64,000 nt of DNA. Source: Vitrella brassicaformis CCMP3155. Lineage: Eukaryota > Protista > Chromerida. Where the stretch lies: the NCBI GenBank assembly GCA_001179505.1, contig CDMY01000466.1, positions 124,001-188,000 of the forward strand, in the 5' to 3' direction. Under the pieces are notes generated by a model. That model was not told where the DNA came from, made no database searches, and saw only the letters and a program-made list of their open reading frames with translations. Numbering within the stretch: position 1 is the stretch's first letter; the number at the start of each line of letters is the position of its first letter. Below, in pieces: positions 1 to 13,012 of the stretch. Both the position numbers and the translations under genes were made by a program.

Positions 1-209
1 GGGATGACAACACCAAGAGGCTCACGCACTCGGCAGCGTCCATGCTTCTCCGAACACCTTTCAGGACGACATCGTGAAGCGTATATGCCACGAGCGAATG
101 CGTCCCCCATCTCGTCATGCGGGAAGGCCAACGGGGCACGAACACACAGATCGACACAGCCAGCACACTCGCCAGCTGACGAATGACAGACAGAGATACG
201 AACCGTCCA

Positions 210-1751
210 TCATGCTTTCACGCGCGGGCTTACAATAAACTGCGCGACGGCTTTTCTGCCCCAGACGAGGTAGTATTCCAGTTTTGCTCCAGAGGAGAAG
301 TGTTCGCGCAGTGGGTCATCGAGCGGCGGGCTGCAGCACTGCTGGTAGGAGGCTGATTGCATATACGGGTGGAGCTCCTGCTTAAAGAAATGCCGAAATG
401 CGGGCGATAGCAGCGTTAGGCAAATGTAGACCTTCAGAAACACCACCCCGCCTAGCTGCAGCCATCCCTGCACACGGAATTCACCGGGAAGGATGCACAC
501 GAGCACATTCCCATCCACCGGTTAGAATACGTACCATTCGGGTGTGTTGCTCGACGGCCCTGTGCAGTGTCCGTGGGGGCGTGATGAGGCCCATGGCGAA
601 GTAGGGGAGGAAGTGCAGCCCCATGCTCAACCACCATATCACCGGCGAGGGTTTGACATTCCAGGCATAGGGGAAGAACAAAGAGATGCTCAGACACGTC
701 GATATCACATACCTGCAAAAAAGAGGAGAGAGGAAACACAACAGCTTGCTTACCTTCCCGACACCAATGGCTCATTCAGGCATGCGGACGTACGTACGTT
801 CGTTTGAAGAGCAGCAGTGCTGGTGCGAGCAGCCTCCACATGACGAGAGAGCCGAGGTACCACAGGTGATGTGATGGACGCTCAGCACCCGCATAGCTGA
901 CATACACCATGTAAAGGATGAGAGGGAGAGGAGGCATCAGATGCGTGTTTTGTGTGTGTCTCACCATTGTGCAAACGTGACAAGGTCCTTGGCTCTCACA
1001 GAAAAGGGAAGACAATGCGCCAACACCTACAGCACATGAAGTTCATTCCACGTCAGCGGTCACAACAAACCATTTCACCTACTGTGAGCTCGGTGACGAG
1101 CCAGAAGGGGACGATAAGAGAGCTGACCACACGAAACAGCCGCTGGGGGGCGAGGGCGCCCTTTGAGCAATAGCCGCTGGTAAAAGCATACATAGCGATG
1201 CACGGGGGGTTCAGCACCATCTCACGGAAGCCTGGCACCCAACTGACACGTACAGGCAGAAATGGGCGTGGGTACGGTGTGCCGGGTGCGGAGATGAATG
1301 AATGTCCATTCACCTCCATTCGTTCTCAAACGGGAAAGCGTAGAATGGCGACACGTAGTGAGAGGAAACCACCAGACACTGCAAGAGGACACCATCGCCT
1401 AGATGAATGCGCTTGCATCTCTCTACTGACCTGTGCGATGTATTTGAGGTTGTCGAGGTACGGCAGCCGCTTCCTCTCTGCCCCGTCATCACCTGATAGG
1501 GTCTCTGTGTCACTGGCTCCAAGCAGCGACCTGAATGGTTTCTCGTCTCCACCTCCTTCTGTGGCCGGCCTCTCCTCCTCTGCACGACACGCACACAGAG
1601 ACTAGAGGGCACATCAGACAAGATCTTTCGCGCTGGTCTGGTGTGGTGTCCTACCCAGGAGCTTCCCGGCAATGAATGGGACGGCGAGGACAACGCAGCC
1701 CAGAACGGCGCACACAACGGATGCTGGTGTGACTTGGCCAAGTGCTGCCAT
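210..1751 (-). CDS. Acyltransferase-3 family (NolL/fucose 4-O-acetylase-like) multi-pass membrane O-acyltransferase, multi-exon
   Basis: Spliced by eye: ATG at 1751 (MAALGQVTPASVVCAVLGCVVLAVPFIAGKLL, hydrophobic), then RLPYLDNLKYIAQ|CLVVSSH (intron 1379-1430 GT..AG), MYAFTSGYCSKG, LIVPFW and HLWYLGSLVMWRLLAP. These match the AT3 family motifs RxxYLDNLKxxxxxLVVxxH, FxxxSGYxSK and HLWYL. Last exon ends in the ORF 210..518. Confidence 0.8.
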
Positions 1752-1940
1752 GGGGCGGCAGGGAAGGTCAAAAAGCGGCGGGTGTAAACTTCTGAGCGCG
1801 TAAACTTCTGGGGAGGGGAGTAACAACGAAGGGCCGGGAATTGAGCCGATTGAATGGAGGAGACGATGCTACTCATCAATTCACACTTTCTGGCCGAAGG
1901 CACTCTCATATCCACTGACTCATATCAACAACAAGCACCA

Positions 1941-2068
1941 CCATCCTCTTAACCACGGATATTTCGTCAGCGCTGAACTCGTGCGGAGAGGTGCGTGCGT
2001 CAAGCAAGACGCACGCACCTCTCCGCACGAGTTCACGGATGATGAGATATCCGTGGTCGAGAGGATGG
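1941..2068. repeat. Long inverted repeat / hairpin
   Basis: Perfect 28-bp stem (1974-2001 with 2008-2035) and a 6-nt loop AAGCAA. The stem extends imperfectly to 1941/2068. Confidence 0.95.
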
Positions 2069-2135
2069 GATTCAATCGACCTTCCAAACACACACCAAGG
2101 AACAAACCATCGCTCCATCTTCCCTTGGGTCTTGG

Positions 2136-3405
2136 TCAGAAGATGCTCAGCAGCCCTTTGCCCACACCCTCTCTCTCGGCGATCGCCTCGGCCTCCCTCC
2201 GGCTCAGCTCACTGGCCGACCGATGCACCACTTTGGCGGGCCCAATGGGTCGGTATTTGGCCACCTGCCAGTCGTCCGGGTAGGTGCGGAAGAGCACACA
2301 GTCGTTGAATTTGCTGTCCTTGCCCTTGCCCTCGAACAAAAACTTGAGGTTGAAGATGGGCGTGAAGGTCGACCGAAAGTACTCGAGCTCGTCGGCAGTG
2401 AGCTGTCCTTCAGACACCTTGTCCTGCACACACCGAACCGCACGCATCCACACACAACAGAAGCAGCCACAGACAGAGAGAGAGGTGCGTGTGGTGGGTG
2501 TGGTGGGTGTAGCTGTCAGGAATGGCTCACATCTAGCCGTGCGTTGAGGAGGATGATCATGGTCTCGAGGCCCCTGCTGCGCGAGATCTTCTCCACCTGC
2601 CGCAGCTCGGCCGCACCAGGGGATACCACAAGCAACACCTGATTGAATGTGACCATCCACACTCACACCAACATCCCTCTCCGTCCCTCCTTCTCGCTCT
2701 CTCACCTCAGTGTCCTCAGGGATCTCTCCCGGCGGCACCACCATCGATGTCCCGCCCCTCTCCTTCTTGCCCTTGGCCTGCTTCCGCCGGTCAGCGCGCC
2801 TTGGGCGAGTCATGCCATAGACGGCATTCACACGGAAGTCCTCATCTTTCCACACCTCGATGGCCTCCTGGGCCTCCTCATCGGTCGGGAAGGCCACCGA
2901 GATGGCGTCCTCTATCTGACCCCATAGCTCGATGAAGACCCTCGCCAACTCACGGCTGGACCGCCGCATGTTGGCATCGGATCGCTTGCTGCCGGCCGGC
3001 GACTCATCGTCTATCTTGGAACCTGCACACACACGGAACACATGCACACGGCATGTCAGCTGCAGTGACCCATCCACCCGCGTGTGTGCACCCACCTTGC
3101 TTCTCAATTCCGAAGATGGCATATTTTGGCAGTTCGACGTCCATTCGCGAGATCTGTGCTTGGCACCCGGCCTGCACTGCCTTGCCGAGCTGGGACACCG
3201 TGTCCTTAATGTCCCGCGGGACGGACATAGATAGCCTGTGTGCTCGACGCCTCCTGATGGGACCATGAGACCGTTGACAGAGCGCATCGGAGGGGACGAG
3301 GAAGGAGGGCTGGGGATGCGCCTCTGTGCTGCATTGGCCGACCGCAGCGATGAGTTGCAGCATCACCAGAGGGACGAATACAAGATCACGCGGCAGGTGA
3401 ATCAT
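2136..3405 (-). CDS. DUF1995 (LPA3-like) protein, probably plastid-targeted, multi-exon
   Basis: Hydrophobic leader with SFL motif (MIHLPRDLVFVPLVMLQLIAAVGQCSTEAHPQPSFL), then VPRDIKDTVSQLGKAVQAGCQAQISRMDVELP, ISVAFPTDEEA and CVLFRTYPDDWQV, all typical of DUF1995. Stop at 2136. Confidence 0.7.
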
Positions 3406-3494
3406 TGTGGCCACAGATCCACGTCAGACATCCGTCTGACTCACTTTAACGCATAGATCTTGCCCTTTGTTACCCACATAGATTGGCAGAAAGT

Positions 3495-3544
3495 CCGAAC
3501 TTCCCAAAGGGTTTCTGGGGTTGCAGGGTATCAAACCCAGAAAG
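3495..3544. promoter_or_regulatory. 50-bp repeated palindromic element, copy A (contains AGGGT-N3-AAACCC)
   Basis: 49/50 identical to 7145-7194. Internal inverted repeat TTTCTGGG..CCCAGAAA. Lies about 90 bp upstream of the DUF1995 ATG. Confidence 0.6.
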
Positions 3545-4353
3545 CGATGGGTGCAGACCACACACCTCGGTCTCTATTGTCTGTCCTCTCGTCCGATCAT
3601 CATGAGACACACAAACAAAAACAGAAACACAAACACACGCACAACACGCAGAGAGAGAGAGGCATCGACTGTATCAACTCCCCCAGAAGAAGCAAAAACC
3701 CAATTAATCCTCGATGTATTGCCGATCCAGCCATTCATTGCCTGGAGAGAGAGGGGGGCCATGGCCATGGGTGCATGGCATAGACGTGCGTATGTACACT
3801 GTAGAAGTGTGTGTGTACAGACATACAAATAAGTATAGAAGACATTCAGAGCTATAGAGACAGGGCAGCGGAGATGGACCACAGGCGTATGTGAATCTCA
3901 CCCCACCCACCTCATGCGGCAGCCATCACATGTATCTGCACAGCATCAGCAAGGACAAACACCGACTGTCTGAGTGCACACATTCAGAGAGAGAGAGACA
4001 GATATCAGCCGCCAGCCACCACGTGCAACAAACACCAACAAAACCACCGACCGCTCAGCCGATCGATGCAGTCAATCATTCAGGCATTCAGTCAGTCAGG
4101 CAGACGGCGAGAGAGAGGCAAAACATACAGACTGACATGACAATCAGCCACTGATAAATGTATGCATGTGTCCATCAGGCAGATCGACAGAGAGTAACCA
4201 GTCGGAGAACCCAACACGCACCATTGAAGCCATCTATGTGACCGCCAGTGCCCCTCCCACTGTCACCACCACCGCCCAACCTGAGACACACATGGAAAGA
4301 CAGACACCATTGTGGTCGTCGTGTGTGTGTGAGCATCTTCTGCTCGTGTCGTG

Positions 4354-6900
4354 TCAGTCGTGTTTTATGCGAACATACCTCACCTGTCTATTGGTCCCCA
4401 GCACCACACGCGCCAGCCGAGTGGTCTCCGGGAAGCGGTCCTTAAAGGCGCCACCAACATCATACACAGCCGACTCGGTGGTGTGGACCTGGACACGCAC
4501 TGCGAACAGTGACAGGAGAAGACAGCGCATGAGAGTGAGTGCAGGGTGTTCCTGTTTGCTTTGTACCCTCCCTCCTCTTTTGTTGTACCGCGCTGGGCTG
4601 ACCGGTGTTTATGTATTCGCTCCCGATGATGTAGATCGATGCCACGAATGAGTGGCTGGCGCCGGTCAGGACGAGTTGACGATGAGTGTGGCCGCCAGGG
4701 TTGCGGCGTGATGCAGTTGTGGTACATCCCTCCACTGATGTGTGGGGGGACTGTGTCATGATGGTATCCAGCTGGTTGTTGTCGACATGCCTGACACACA
4801 CACATAACACACACTCGTCTGTCGTGACAATGCCCATACAGAGTGATGCCCTGCATCACCTGTCGATCATATGGTTAGTGCTGTTGATTTGGTGAGTCCT
4901 CCTAAAGTGGCGGAGGACGACGGGCCTTGACAAATGACGATACTGACGAGGAGATTCAAGGCAACGCCAGCTGCGCCCATCCCGCGGACGGCCGATATTC
5001 GATGTTGCTGCGGACGGGCGGGTCGTGCGGCTGTCGGTGCTGTTGGTAGAGGTGGTTGGGAGGGAGGGTCTGGTCGGTGTCGATCTCGGGGATGGTCATC
5101 TCGAAGCCGTCCTCGTCCTTGACGGCCCGCAGTGTGTCGCCGTGCTGGAACAGCTGGAAGGCCACGCCGTCGCCGAAGTGGATGTGGGGGCCGACCATCT
5201 TGAGCTGAGCCAACACGCAGGGATCGGCCAAATACGCCTGCACACACAACATATCAACACACCACACACCGATTGAGAGCCATCCTTTCTCCCTCCCTCC
5301 CTCCCTCGGTTGGCTTACCGTCGTGTTTGGGTATTGGTGCAGATCGTCACTAGTGAGCCTCACAGGCAGCTGGCAGCTGCCGCACTGCCCCGCCAGCTCG
5401 ATCGCCCCGCCCATCTCATCCCAGCCGCCCGCCTCAAATCACACACAGCGCCGCCGGCAGGTCACCCACACCCAGCTGCTGCTGGTCGAAGGTCAGCAGC
5501 TGCTGTCCGTTGGCCGTCCGTCGCAGCCCCGCCTCTGCGCTGAGCGAATGGGTGAGCCGCTGCTGCAGCTGAGGCGCTCCGAAGAGGCCTCTGGCCCAGC
5601 TGCAGGACTTCCTCAGACGCAGCACATCCTGCAGCGGAAAATCGCTGCCGCGCTGGGCGAGGACGTACCATACGGGGTGCTGCTGCTGCTGCTGCTGGGG
5701 GTGCTGGATGCCCGTGGAGGCGGCAGCTGCACAACCCGGACCAACCGACCCACCTGAAGGCACCACACAGCACAGCACAGGACAGTAATTACGATATGCA
5801 GTCCACCAACAGCAGCTGATGCTTTGCGTACCTCCGCTATGCCCACCACTATCAGCAGCATGGCTGATGTCTACGCGTCTACGCTTCTTGGCGCCGCCGT
5901 CATCAGCAGGCACCTGACCAGCAAATGATCCACATACATGAGCTCCTGTGGGTGTGGGTGTGAACTTGTGCATACCGCTCTGCCCTGCTGTGCATTGTTG
6001 TCGGTCTCGTTCGGTCCCACAGCACCGCCAGCAGCCATGCGCTAAGACGGACACACACAAGAAAGGGATTGACCGGCCTGTGTGTGCCATTCAGTCATTG
6101 ATCATTCCATCCATTCTCACATGTGTGTTGCAGTCAGTGGCGATCTGCGCCAGCTGCTTGCCGAGGGCCGAGTGGGTATCGCTGAGAGTCTCCAGAACGG
6201 TCGACAGGCTGCCGTCCACCATCTCACCTTCCTGCAACAAAGGCAGAAAGACGGGCTGGCCAGTGAGTGCAGCAGCTCGGCCGTGCGGTCTCTGTGACGA
6301 CCTGTTTGTTGTCGGTATGTGTGGCTATCATCTGTTCGGCCAGATCAACACCAGACAGAAAACTAGAGGCATCCTGAAAGCCAGGAGCGGCGCAGCAATG
6401 TCAGTGTGGATCCCTCCCCTTCTCCCTCCCCATCTCACCGAGCGCATCGCGCGGATCTTCTGCAGAAGGTCACCACCGCTACCACCGCCACTCCCACCTG
6501 TGTGTCACATTCCCGTCAGGCAATGAATGACACACAAACGGGTCGCGCCACGTCCATCAGTCAATTGTGTGGTTACACTGCATGTGCTCTCCATCCATTC
6601 ACCGCTCACCTCTGGTGGACGGCGCCGGGCCGTCACCGTCATTGTTTGTGTCCATCGGGAGAACACGCTCACCTACCTGCACCCACCGAAGAGCCAACAA
6701 CACACAGAAAGGAAATGCGATGAGCGCACCAACAAACCCTCTGTGATTGTCTGTGTGTATTTTGTGCTCTGAGTTCGTAGGGCGGCGGCTTACTGCTTGG
6801 ATTCCGGCGGCAGCCTCCCAGCTGGCACCGACGAGTCATCAATGGGCTGGCAGGCCCGCCACAACTACAAAACCTCTCACTCACGCCGTCATCAAATCTG
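4354..6900 (-). CDS. Lineage-specific (Vitrella-type F-box-like) family protein, multi-exon, with apparent +1 frameshift near 5434
   Basis: Exons include GDLLQKIRAMRS, HPVWYVLAQRGSDFPLQDVLRLRKSC, EAGGWDEMGGAIELAGQCGSCQLPVRLTSDDLHQY and MVGPHIHFGDGVAFQLF. The C-terminal VQVHTTES..DRFPETTRLARVVLG resembles IELHTTERS.. of the 56561-57571 ORF. 5' and 3' ends approximate. Confidence 0.55.
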
Positions 6901-7144
6901 ACACGGAGGCCACACACACGGGTAGTGGTGAAGGGACGGGAGGGCATGTGTGTGTTTTCGTTTTGTTGTTTCCTCGCCTGATCTACCTGCCTGCCCTTCT
7001 GACTGCATCCAGTGCTTTGTCACTGAGTGTTCTATTGCTGGTCGCTGATGGACTTAAGTGCATATGCCTACCGATGATAATAACTTGAGGCATCACTCCC
7101 CCAGCCTGGTGCTTTTGGGGGGTCGTGAACTCACTATTGGCAGA

Positions 7145-7194
7145 CCGAACTTCCCAAAGGGTTTCTGGGGTTGCAGGGTATGAAACCCAGAAAG
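7145..7194. promoter_or_regulatory. 50-bp repeated palindromic element, copy B
   Basis: Near-identical to 3495-3544. Lies in the divergent intergenic region about 130 bp upstream of ATG 7325. Confidence 0.6.
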
Positions 7195-7324
7195 GCAAGC
7201 TCTCAATCGGAAGGGATGAGGGGTTGGAGATCGTCGCCAGATGCTGAGGCTCTTTGCCACGGCACTTAAAATCTCTGAAAACTGCTGAAATGATTCATGA
7301 TCTCTCAACGGCAAGACTCGGTTG

Positions 7325-10300
7325 ATGAAGGAGCGCTGCGGCCACAGATTCCTTTGCCGCCCACTCACATGGCCGCTGCAGCGGCAGATGGCCACACCGC
7401 ATCGCCCTGTCCACACCTCCACTGGCCCTCCATCTGCCACATCAACGGCCGACCAAGACGTGCCGCCCGCAATGAAGCGCCGCAAGCCCCTCACTGTGAG
7501 CCAGCTGCGCCGACGGCTCTACCCCTACGGACTCTTCCGGCTCCGCTCCACCAGCGAGATTCCTTCCCTGACCTGCAGGCAGCTCACTGAAGTGGTGCAA
7601 CAGGCCATGGAGAACAGCGTCCCCGACGGACCATTCTGGCGGCTGCTGTGCCTGCGGGCTCGGTTCCTGGTCGGGCTGCTGTCGCCCAAGGAGATGACCG
7701 CATTCCTCAGTGCGCTGGTGGCCATCGACAGGGCGGAGAGTGAGTTCCTGCGGTCGGCTGTGCCGCACTTGTGCGAGCAGCTGCCGAGCTACTCGCTGGG
7801 GCAGATGGCCGATGTGCTGTATGCCTATGGGAAGCTGGGCGGGCCGTCCAACGAGCTGGTGGAGGCCACTGGCCGCATTTTGCCGTCCAAGATCAAATTC
7901 ATGAGAGAGAAGACGCTCGTCAAGCTGCTCGATGCCTACAAGTGGGCATGACAACGATGCCTCCCTCCTCTCGTATTGTCGGCATGTGTTGTGTTTGTGT
8001 GGCTGGCTGGCTGGTTTGTTGGTGCATTAGGTTGCTGGGTGTGGTTGACGACAATGTGTTTCCCCTGCTGTATGACTTCATGTGCGTCAAGCGGCGGCAC
8101 TTCACGCCTCAGCAGCTGGTGTGTGTGGTGGAGAGCATGGCGGCCCTCAATGCCAGACACAGACCCACCCTGGCGGCACTCACTGAAGGTACCAGAGGGC
8201 ACAGACAGCTTGATGCATCAAGCCGCATGACACGAGAGGCCGCCTGTTGTTTCAGTGCTAGCGGCGTATGAGAACCTCGAGCGTCTGACGCTTGACGAAC
8301 TATCTGTGAGGACAGGACAGCCCAAATGCAGTGAGTGCTGCACCAATCACCATGACGTGGATTCATTTGTGTCAGGTTCTGCTGCACTCCTACGCCTCGC
8401 TGCAGATCTACAGCAACAGCCTCTTCCGCGGCGCAATGAAGGCGCTATGTGTGGCGTCGACCTTCCCCCCCACTCTCCCCCAGCCACCCACGCCCGCCCC
8501 CTCTCTCCCATCGCCATCCATATTCGCATTGCCCTCCCCATCTGCGCCAGCAGCCGATGACAGCACCCTGACCGTTGTCGACATGACTGCTGATGAGCGG
8601 GCCAGGGAGAGGCGTGTTGGTGTTGGGCTGGAGGTCATCGAGGATGTGGCCGATGCGCTGCCGAAGGGCAACAAGAAGCCTGAGGTGGGGACAGATGTGG
8701 GCGGGAGCGTGGGCATGTCGACGACCGTTGGGAGGGAGGCCGCGGTGATGGCGTACGTGGGCGACGGCAAGACGGATGCACTGCTCGGGGTCAGTCCGAG
8801 CACTGCAGTGCCTGTACAGAGGTGGGTAACGACTTCACTTAGATGTATGTCACGGGCATGATATTGGTTTGTGCTCTGTGCTCTGCTGGGTGACTGACAG
8901 TGTGACGCGTTTTCTGGAGACGTGGGCCAAGGTCAACTACTGGCGGGCCCCTCTCCTGCGACCTCTCCTCCCACTGTGCATGGTATCTCCGCACACAAGA
9001 ACAAATGAAGAAACTACTCGCCCCACAGCTGCGCTCCTTCTTTTCTCTGTGTCGTGTCAGTCTCGCCTTGCCCAGCTGCCCCCAGCCACTTTGGCCCTGC
9101 TGATCGGCGGTGCAGTACGGTGCGGCATCCACAGCCACGCACTCTGGCGGCGGCTGCTGGACGCCCTCCCCACACACATGCAGCACATGCGGCCGCAATC
9201 GCTGCTGCTCATCCTGTCGTCTATCCGGCGCCACGCACAAGTGGCGGCAGTCTACACACAGGCGATTGACCGGGCCCCCAGCAGCGGCAGCAAGGCGATG
9301 GTCACAAGGCAGCAGAGGGGAGGTGAAGGCAGCAATGCTCTGGTGGGTGTGGGTGTTGATGGTGGTGCGTCGATCGGTGTGGCTGCCGCCCGTGACGTTG
9401 GCTTGATGGTGGAGTATTTAGTGGAGGGTGTCAATATCGTGCTCGAGTGGGTGCACAAGCGGATCGACGCCATGACCGAGCAGGAGCTCATCAAGACAGC
9501 CACAGAGATGCACGGTCAGTGACGGCAGCACAAACTCAATGCTGCATCCTCAGCCTGTGTCTTGTTTCGCTTGCAGCTTTGCTGTCTGCGATGCGTGACG
9601 TCGGTCGTCATGTGGGGGGTGATGGTGCTGGAAATGACAGCGAGGAGCGGTGGGCGCGTGAGCGCAACCGCTCTGTCGTCAGCCACCTGGCATTCAGGAT
9701 GGCACTCAAACGAGCTGACAACACGGCACTGCGGTCAGCCAATAAACACTGAACGGGGCTGGGCAAGGCCGTCGTCATAAAAATACTCTTTTTTCTCTGT
9801 GTGCGTTGTATGCAGCGACCGATTGCCGCGTGAGTCGTTGGATCGTGGTGTCCTCCGCGACGACCACGCCAAGGCTCTGCTATCCGGCCGCTTCGACCCC
9901 TCTCGGCCCTTCCCCTCTCTCACAGCATTCGCCATGCTCATTCAGCTTCCCCAAAGACAGAAGCCACACCGCAGCAAGAGCCGCAGCAGCTCGGCTGACG
10001 GCAGTACGGGCGATGTGTGTTCGTATGTGGAGGTTGTGGGTTTGCCTGAGGACTATGCGGCTGGTCCTCTGGTGCGCATGTGTCGTGAGCATGAGGTGGA
10101 TGTGTTCAAGACGTACGTGCGGTGGCTGGAGGCACTGCTACAGAGGGATGTCAGCAAGACCAAGAGGGGCGACTCCCCAGATAATGGACTTGTTGGACGA
10201 GAGCAGTCTCGTGCAGCATCTGATGCGAGAGAGGCGGGGGGTGCAGATCGGCTGAGAGGGAGGACGCATGACAGTGAGAGTGGGACTGGCGGTGGGGTTG

Positions 10301-10407
10301 ATGGTGGGGTGGGCAAGAGGGAGAGGAGGCGGCGAAGGGAGCGGCACAAGTGGGATGCCGATGACAGGACGCTGGGCAACATGAAGGTAGCGAGGAAGGT
10401 CTTCTAG
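7325..10407 (+). CDS. Helical-repeat (HPR/RAP/FASTK-like) organellar RNA-binding protein, multi-exon
   Basis: Basic presequence-like N-terminus. Repeated helical motifs such as LSPKEMTAFLSALVAI, YSLGQMADVLYAYGKLG, FTPQQLVCVVESMAAL and MRPQSLLLILSSIRRH. Exons join through GT-AG introns up to the stop at 10407. Confidence 0.6.
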
Positions 10408-10837
10408 ACAGGTCTGTTGCTTGAAAGACGCTGTCTGCGTATTCTATCCTTTTCACAAATTGAGCCGCGTTAACGCGTTCATTCAGTCGGACTGAATGGA
10501 CGCCTTAGCGCTGCTCAGTTCGTGAAGAGAGTAGATCTACGTTCCTGGCACACCGTGACGATCTGTGAGTCAGTCAGTGGCTTCACACAGCCATTTGGAA
10601 TGCGTTCAGTCGCCCCTTCCTGTCCATACCCTTTTTGCGATCGCGAGCTGGGGAATGCGATGGCTTCTGTGGCATTTTGTCACTTGTGTGTTGGGTGCAT
10701 GTGCTCACAAGCAGCCTGCGCGTCTTGCCTTTCATCCTCCCGTCAAGCTTGACACAGCCGGCAGATCTGCGGCGCTCCAGGGGCATCGCGCATCCGTGAC
10801 ACACCGCACCGCCAGACGGCGCAGATCCACCGCCAAC

Positions 10838-13012
10838 ATGGACGATCAAATGGAGGAGGTAAGCGCCACGGGGCGAATCCACTGAGTGCTCATCGGTGTT
10901 CTGTGTTCTGTGTTCTGTGTGGTGTTTCAGTACCGCAAGCGGCAGCGTGAGCAGTACCAAAAGCGGCAGCAGGACGGCACCGAACAGACGGAGGCTCCTG
11001 CTGGTGAGGCCGCCAAGGCACCCAAAGCGCCGCGCAAAGATGCGGACGAGACGGCCGGTGCTGCAGATGAGAAGGGCAACAGCGGCCAGGTGTCTGCGGC
11101 TGCTGCAGCGGATTTGGTGGAGGCAAGTGTGCAGGATGCTGGTGCTGCATCGTCGTCGGCTGGCGCATCTGCGGGGACAGGGGCGAGCCCGCCCTCCGGG
11201 TCGCTGAAACTGGTCACCTGGTATGTGCGACAGAGGGGAGGGAGGGGAAGGAGGGAGCAGTGTGCTTTGCGTATCCTTTATGGTGTTGGTCTGTACGTGT
11301 GTGTGTGGTTTGTTTGCAGGAATGTGGATGGTTTGGATGAGGGTCAGATCCAGCTGCGGCACACGGCACTGGCCGACTGGATCAAGACTCACAAACCCGA
11401 CATCGTCTACCTACAGGAAGTCGTCTACCCGACGCTGGTGCGATACACAAACACACACACGAGAGGCACGCACACTCATCATGTGTTGACGCATCCGTGT
11501 GTTGGTGGCCATGTGTGTGAGCATCCCTCTCCCTCTCTGCTTTGTGGCTGCAGAGGATTTTGCGCAAGCACCTGACATCGACGTACGACATCATCATACC
11601 CACAAACCCACGGTGAGCGACCACCGACTCATCCTTCCAGGCTGAGCGAGCAAGCTGTGTGTTTTGCTCCCTCTCTGTGTCGGTCAGGCCCGACCCGTCC
11701 GATATGGAGAGCCTCACGCGCGGCATTCCGTGTGCCTACTTCTGCGCCGTACTGCTCAACAAACAGTCCATCCAAGCATGCGGTGAGCCTGCACGCCCAC
11801 ATACATGCAATGGACTGACACTGTGGTGACCCCTCCCCTCCCTCTCCTTGCTTTAGGTGCCCCTGACAGCAAATGGTACCCCCAGAGCTGCATGATGCGG
11901 TCGGTACAGCACACGACACATCACACCACACATCACACACAACACAGCACAAGACGACGTGGTCTAGTGCCGATGCACCACACGCACGGTTCGTTCATGT
12001 GTGTCATGGTCACATCGATCAGCCATTTGTTGAGTATTCGGGCTCGGCCGACAGCCGCTAGTGCGAAAGATGCAGAGGTACGGAGACGGAAGCAGCGAGG
12101 AGCCGACCAACAGACGTATACCGATCACCTCACTGCGTGTATCGTCCGTGTGTGCAGTTGTTGTTGGGCACGAGCCACCTGGAGAGCACGGCGGAATAGT
12201 AAGGCGAGATGGGCGCTGACGGCCTCATGTATGGGTCTGCATGCTTGGGTCTCTTTCATGTCAAACGATGCAGCAAGAACGAGCGTGTGAACCAGCTGTC
12301 GATCGTCGCCACCAACATGGAGGGGTGGGTGCGGGGCGGGGCGGGGCGACGAAACATCAAACAGCAAACACACATTTGTGTCTGTAAGTGCGTTCATTCA
12401 GTTGGCTGAGCGATCCCGACACGCCAAGTGTGTGTACCGTCATTGTGGGTGGCGACCTCAACCTACGAGACCCCGAAGTCAAAGCCGCAGGTAACACACC
12501 ACACCCAGTCACATGTCCAGTGGCATCCCCGAGTCCTCGTGTGTGTCTATGTGGTGTGTGTAGGTGTGCCGTCGCACATCCGTGACGTGTGGGAGTTGCT
12601 GGGCAAGCCCGACAGCTGCCGATACACGTGGGACATGGCGGCCAACGACAACCTCGTCATGCAGGGCGGCGGCAAACCTCGGTCAGGAGCTTGACGCACT
12701 CGTGACCACTAAATGAGAACGCACCACAGCATCTCTCTCTGCCTGTCTTCAGTTGTCGCTTCGACCGTCTGTTCATCGGCCAGCGGCCGCAGGGCAGCGC
12801 ATCGCCGCCGTCAGGCCGTTATCGGTGGGTGCCGCAGTCGATAGAGATGGTGGGCACCGACCGCCTGTCGAGCTGCGGGCGGTTCATCTCTGACCACTTC
12901 GGGCTGCTGGTGAAGCTGGAGTTGGCTGTGCCCACTGAGGGGGGTGAGGGAGGCGGCAGCAAGGGGCAGAAGGCGAAAGCCAAGGCCAAGAAGGGCAAAT
13001 AGACTAGCCAGC
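10838..13012 (+). CDS. TDP2: Tyrosyl-DNA phosphodiesterase 2 (EEP family), multi-exon
   Basis: Motifs LVTW|NVDGLD, PDIVYLQEV, TSHLES, GGDLNLRDPEV, YTWD, RFDR and SDHFG assembled across GT-AG introns. TAG at 13010-13012. Confidence 0.9.

Noticed and set aside
1906-2118. Mirror-image ORFs (DARTSPHEF..) on both strands
   Set aside because: A by-product of the hairpin. DUF1995 already terminates at 2136 with a plausible C-terminus.
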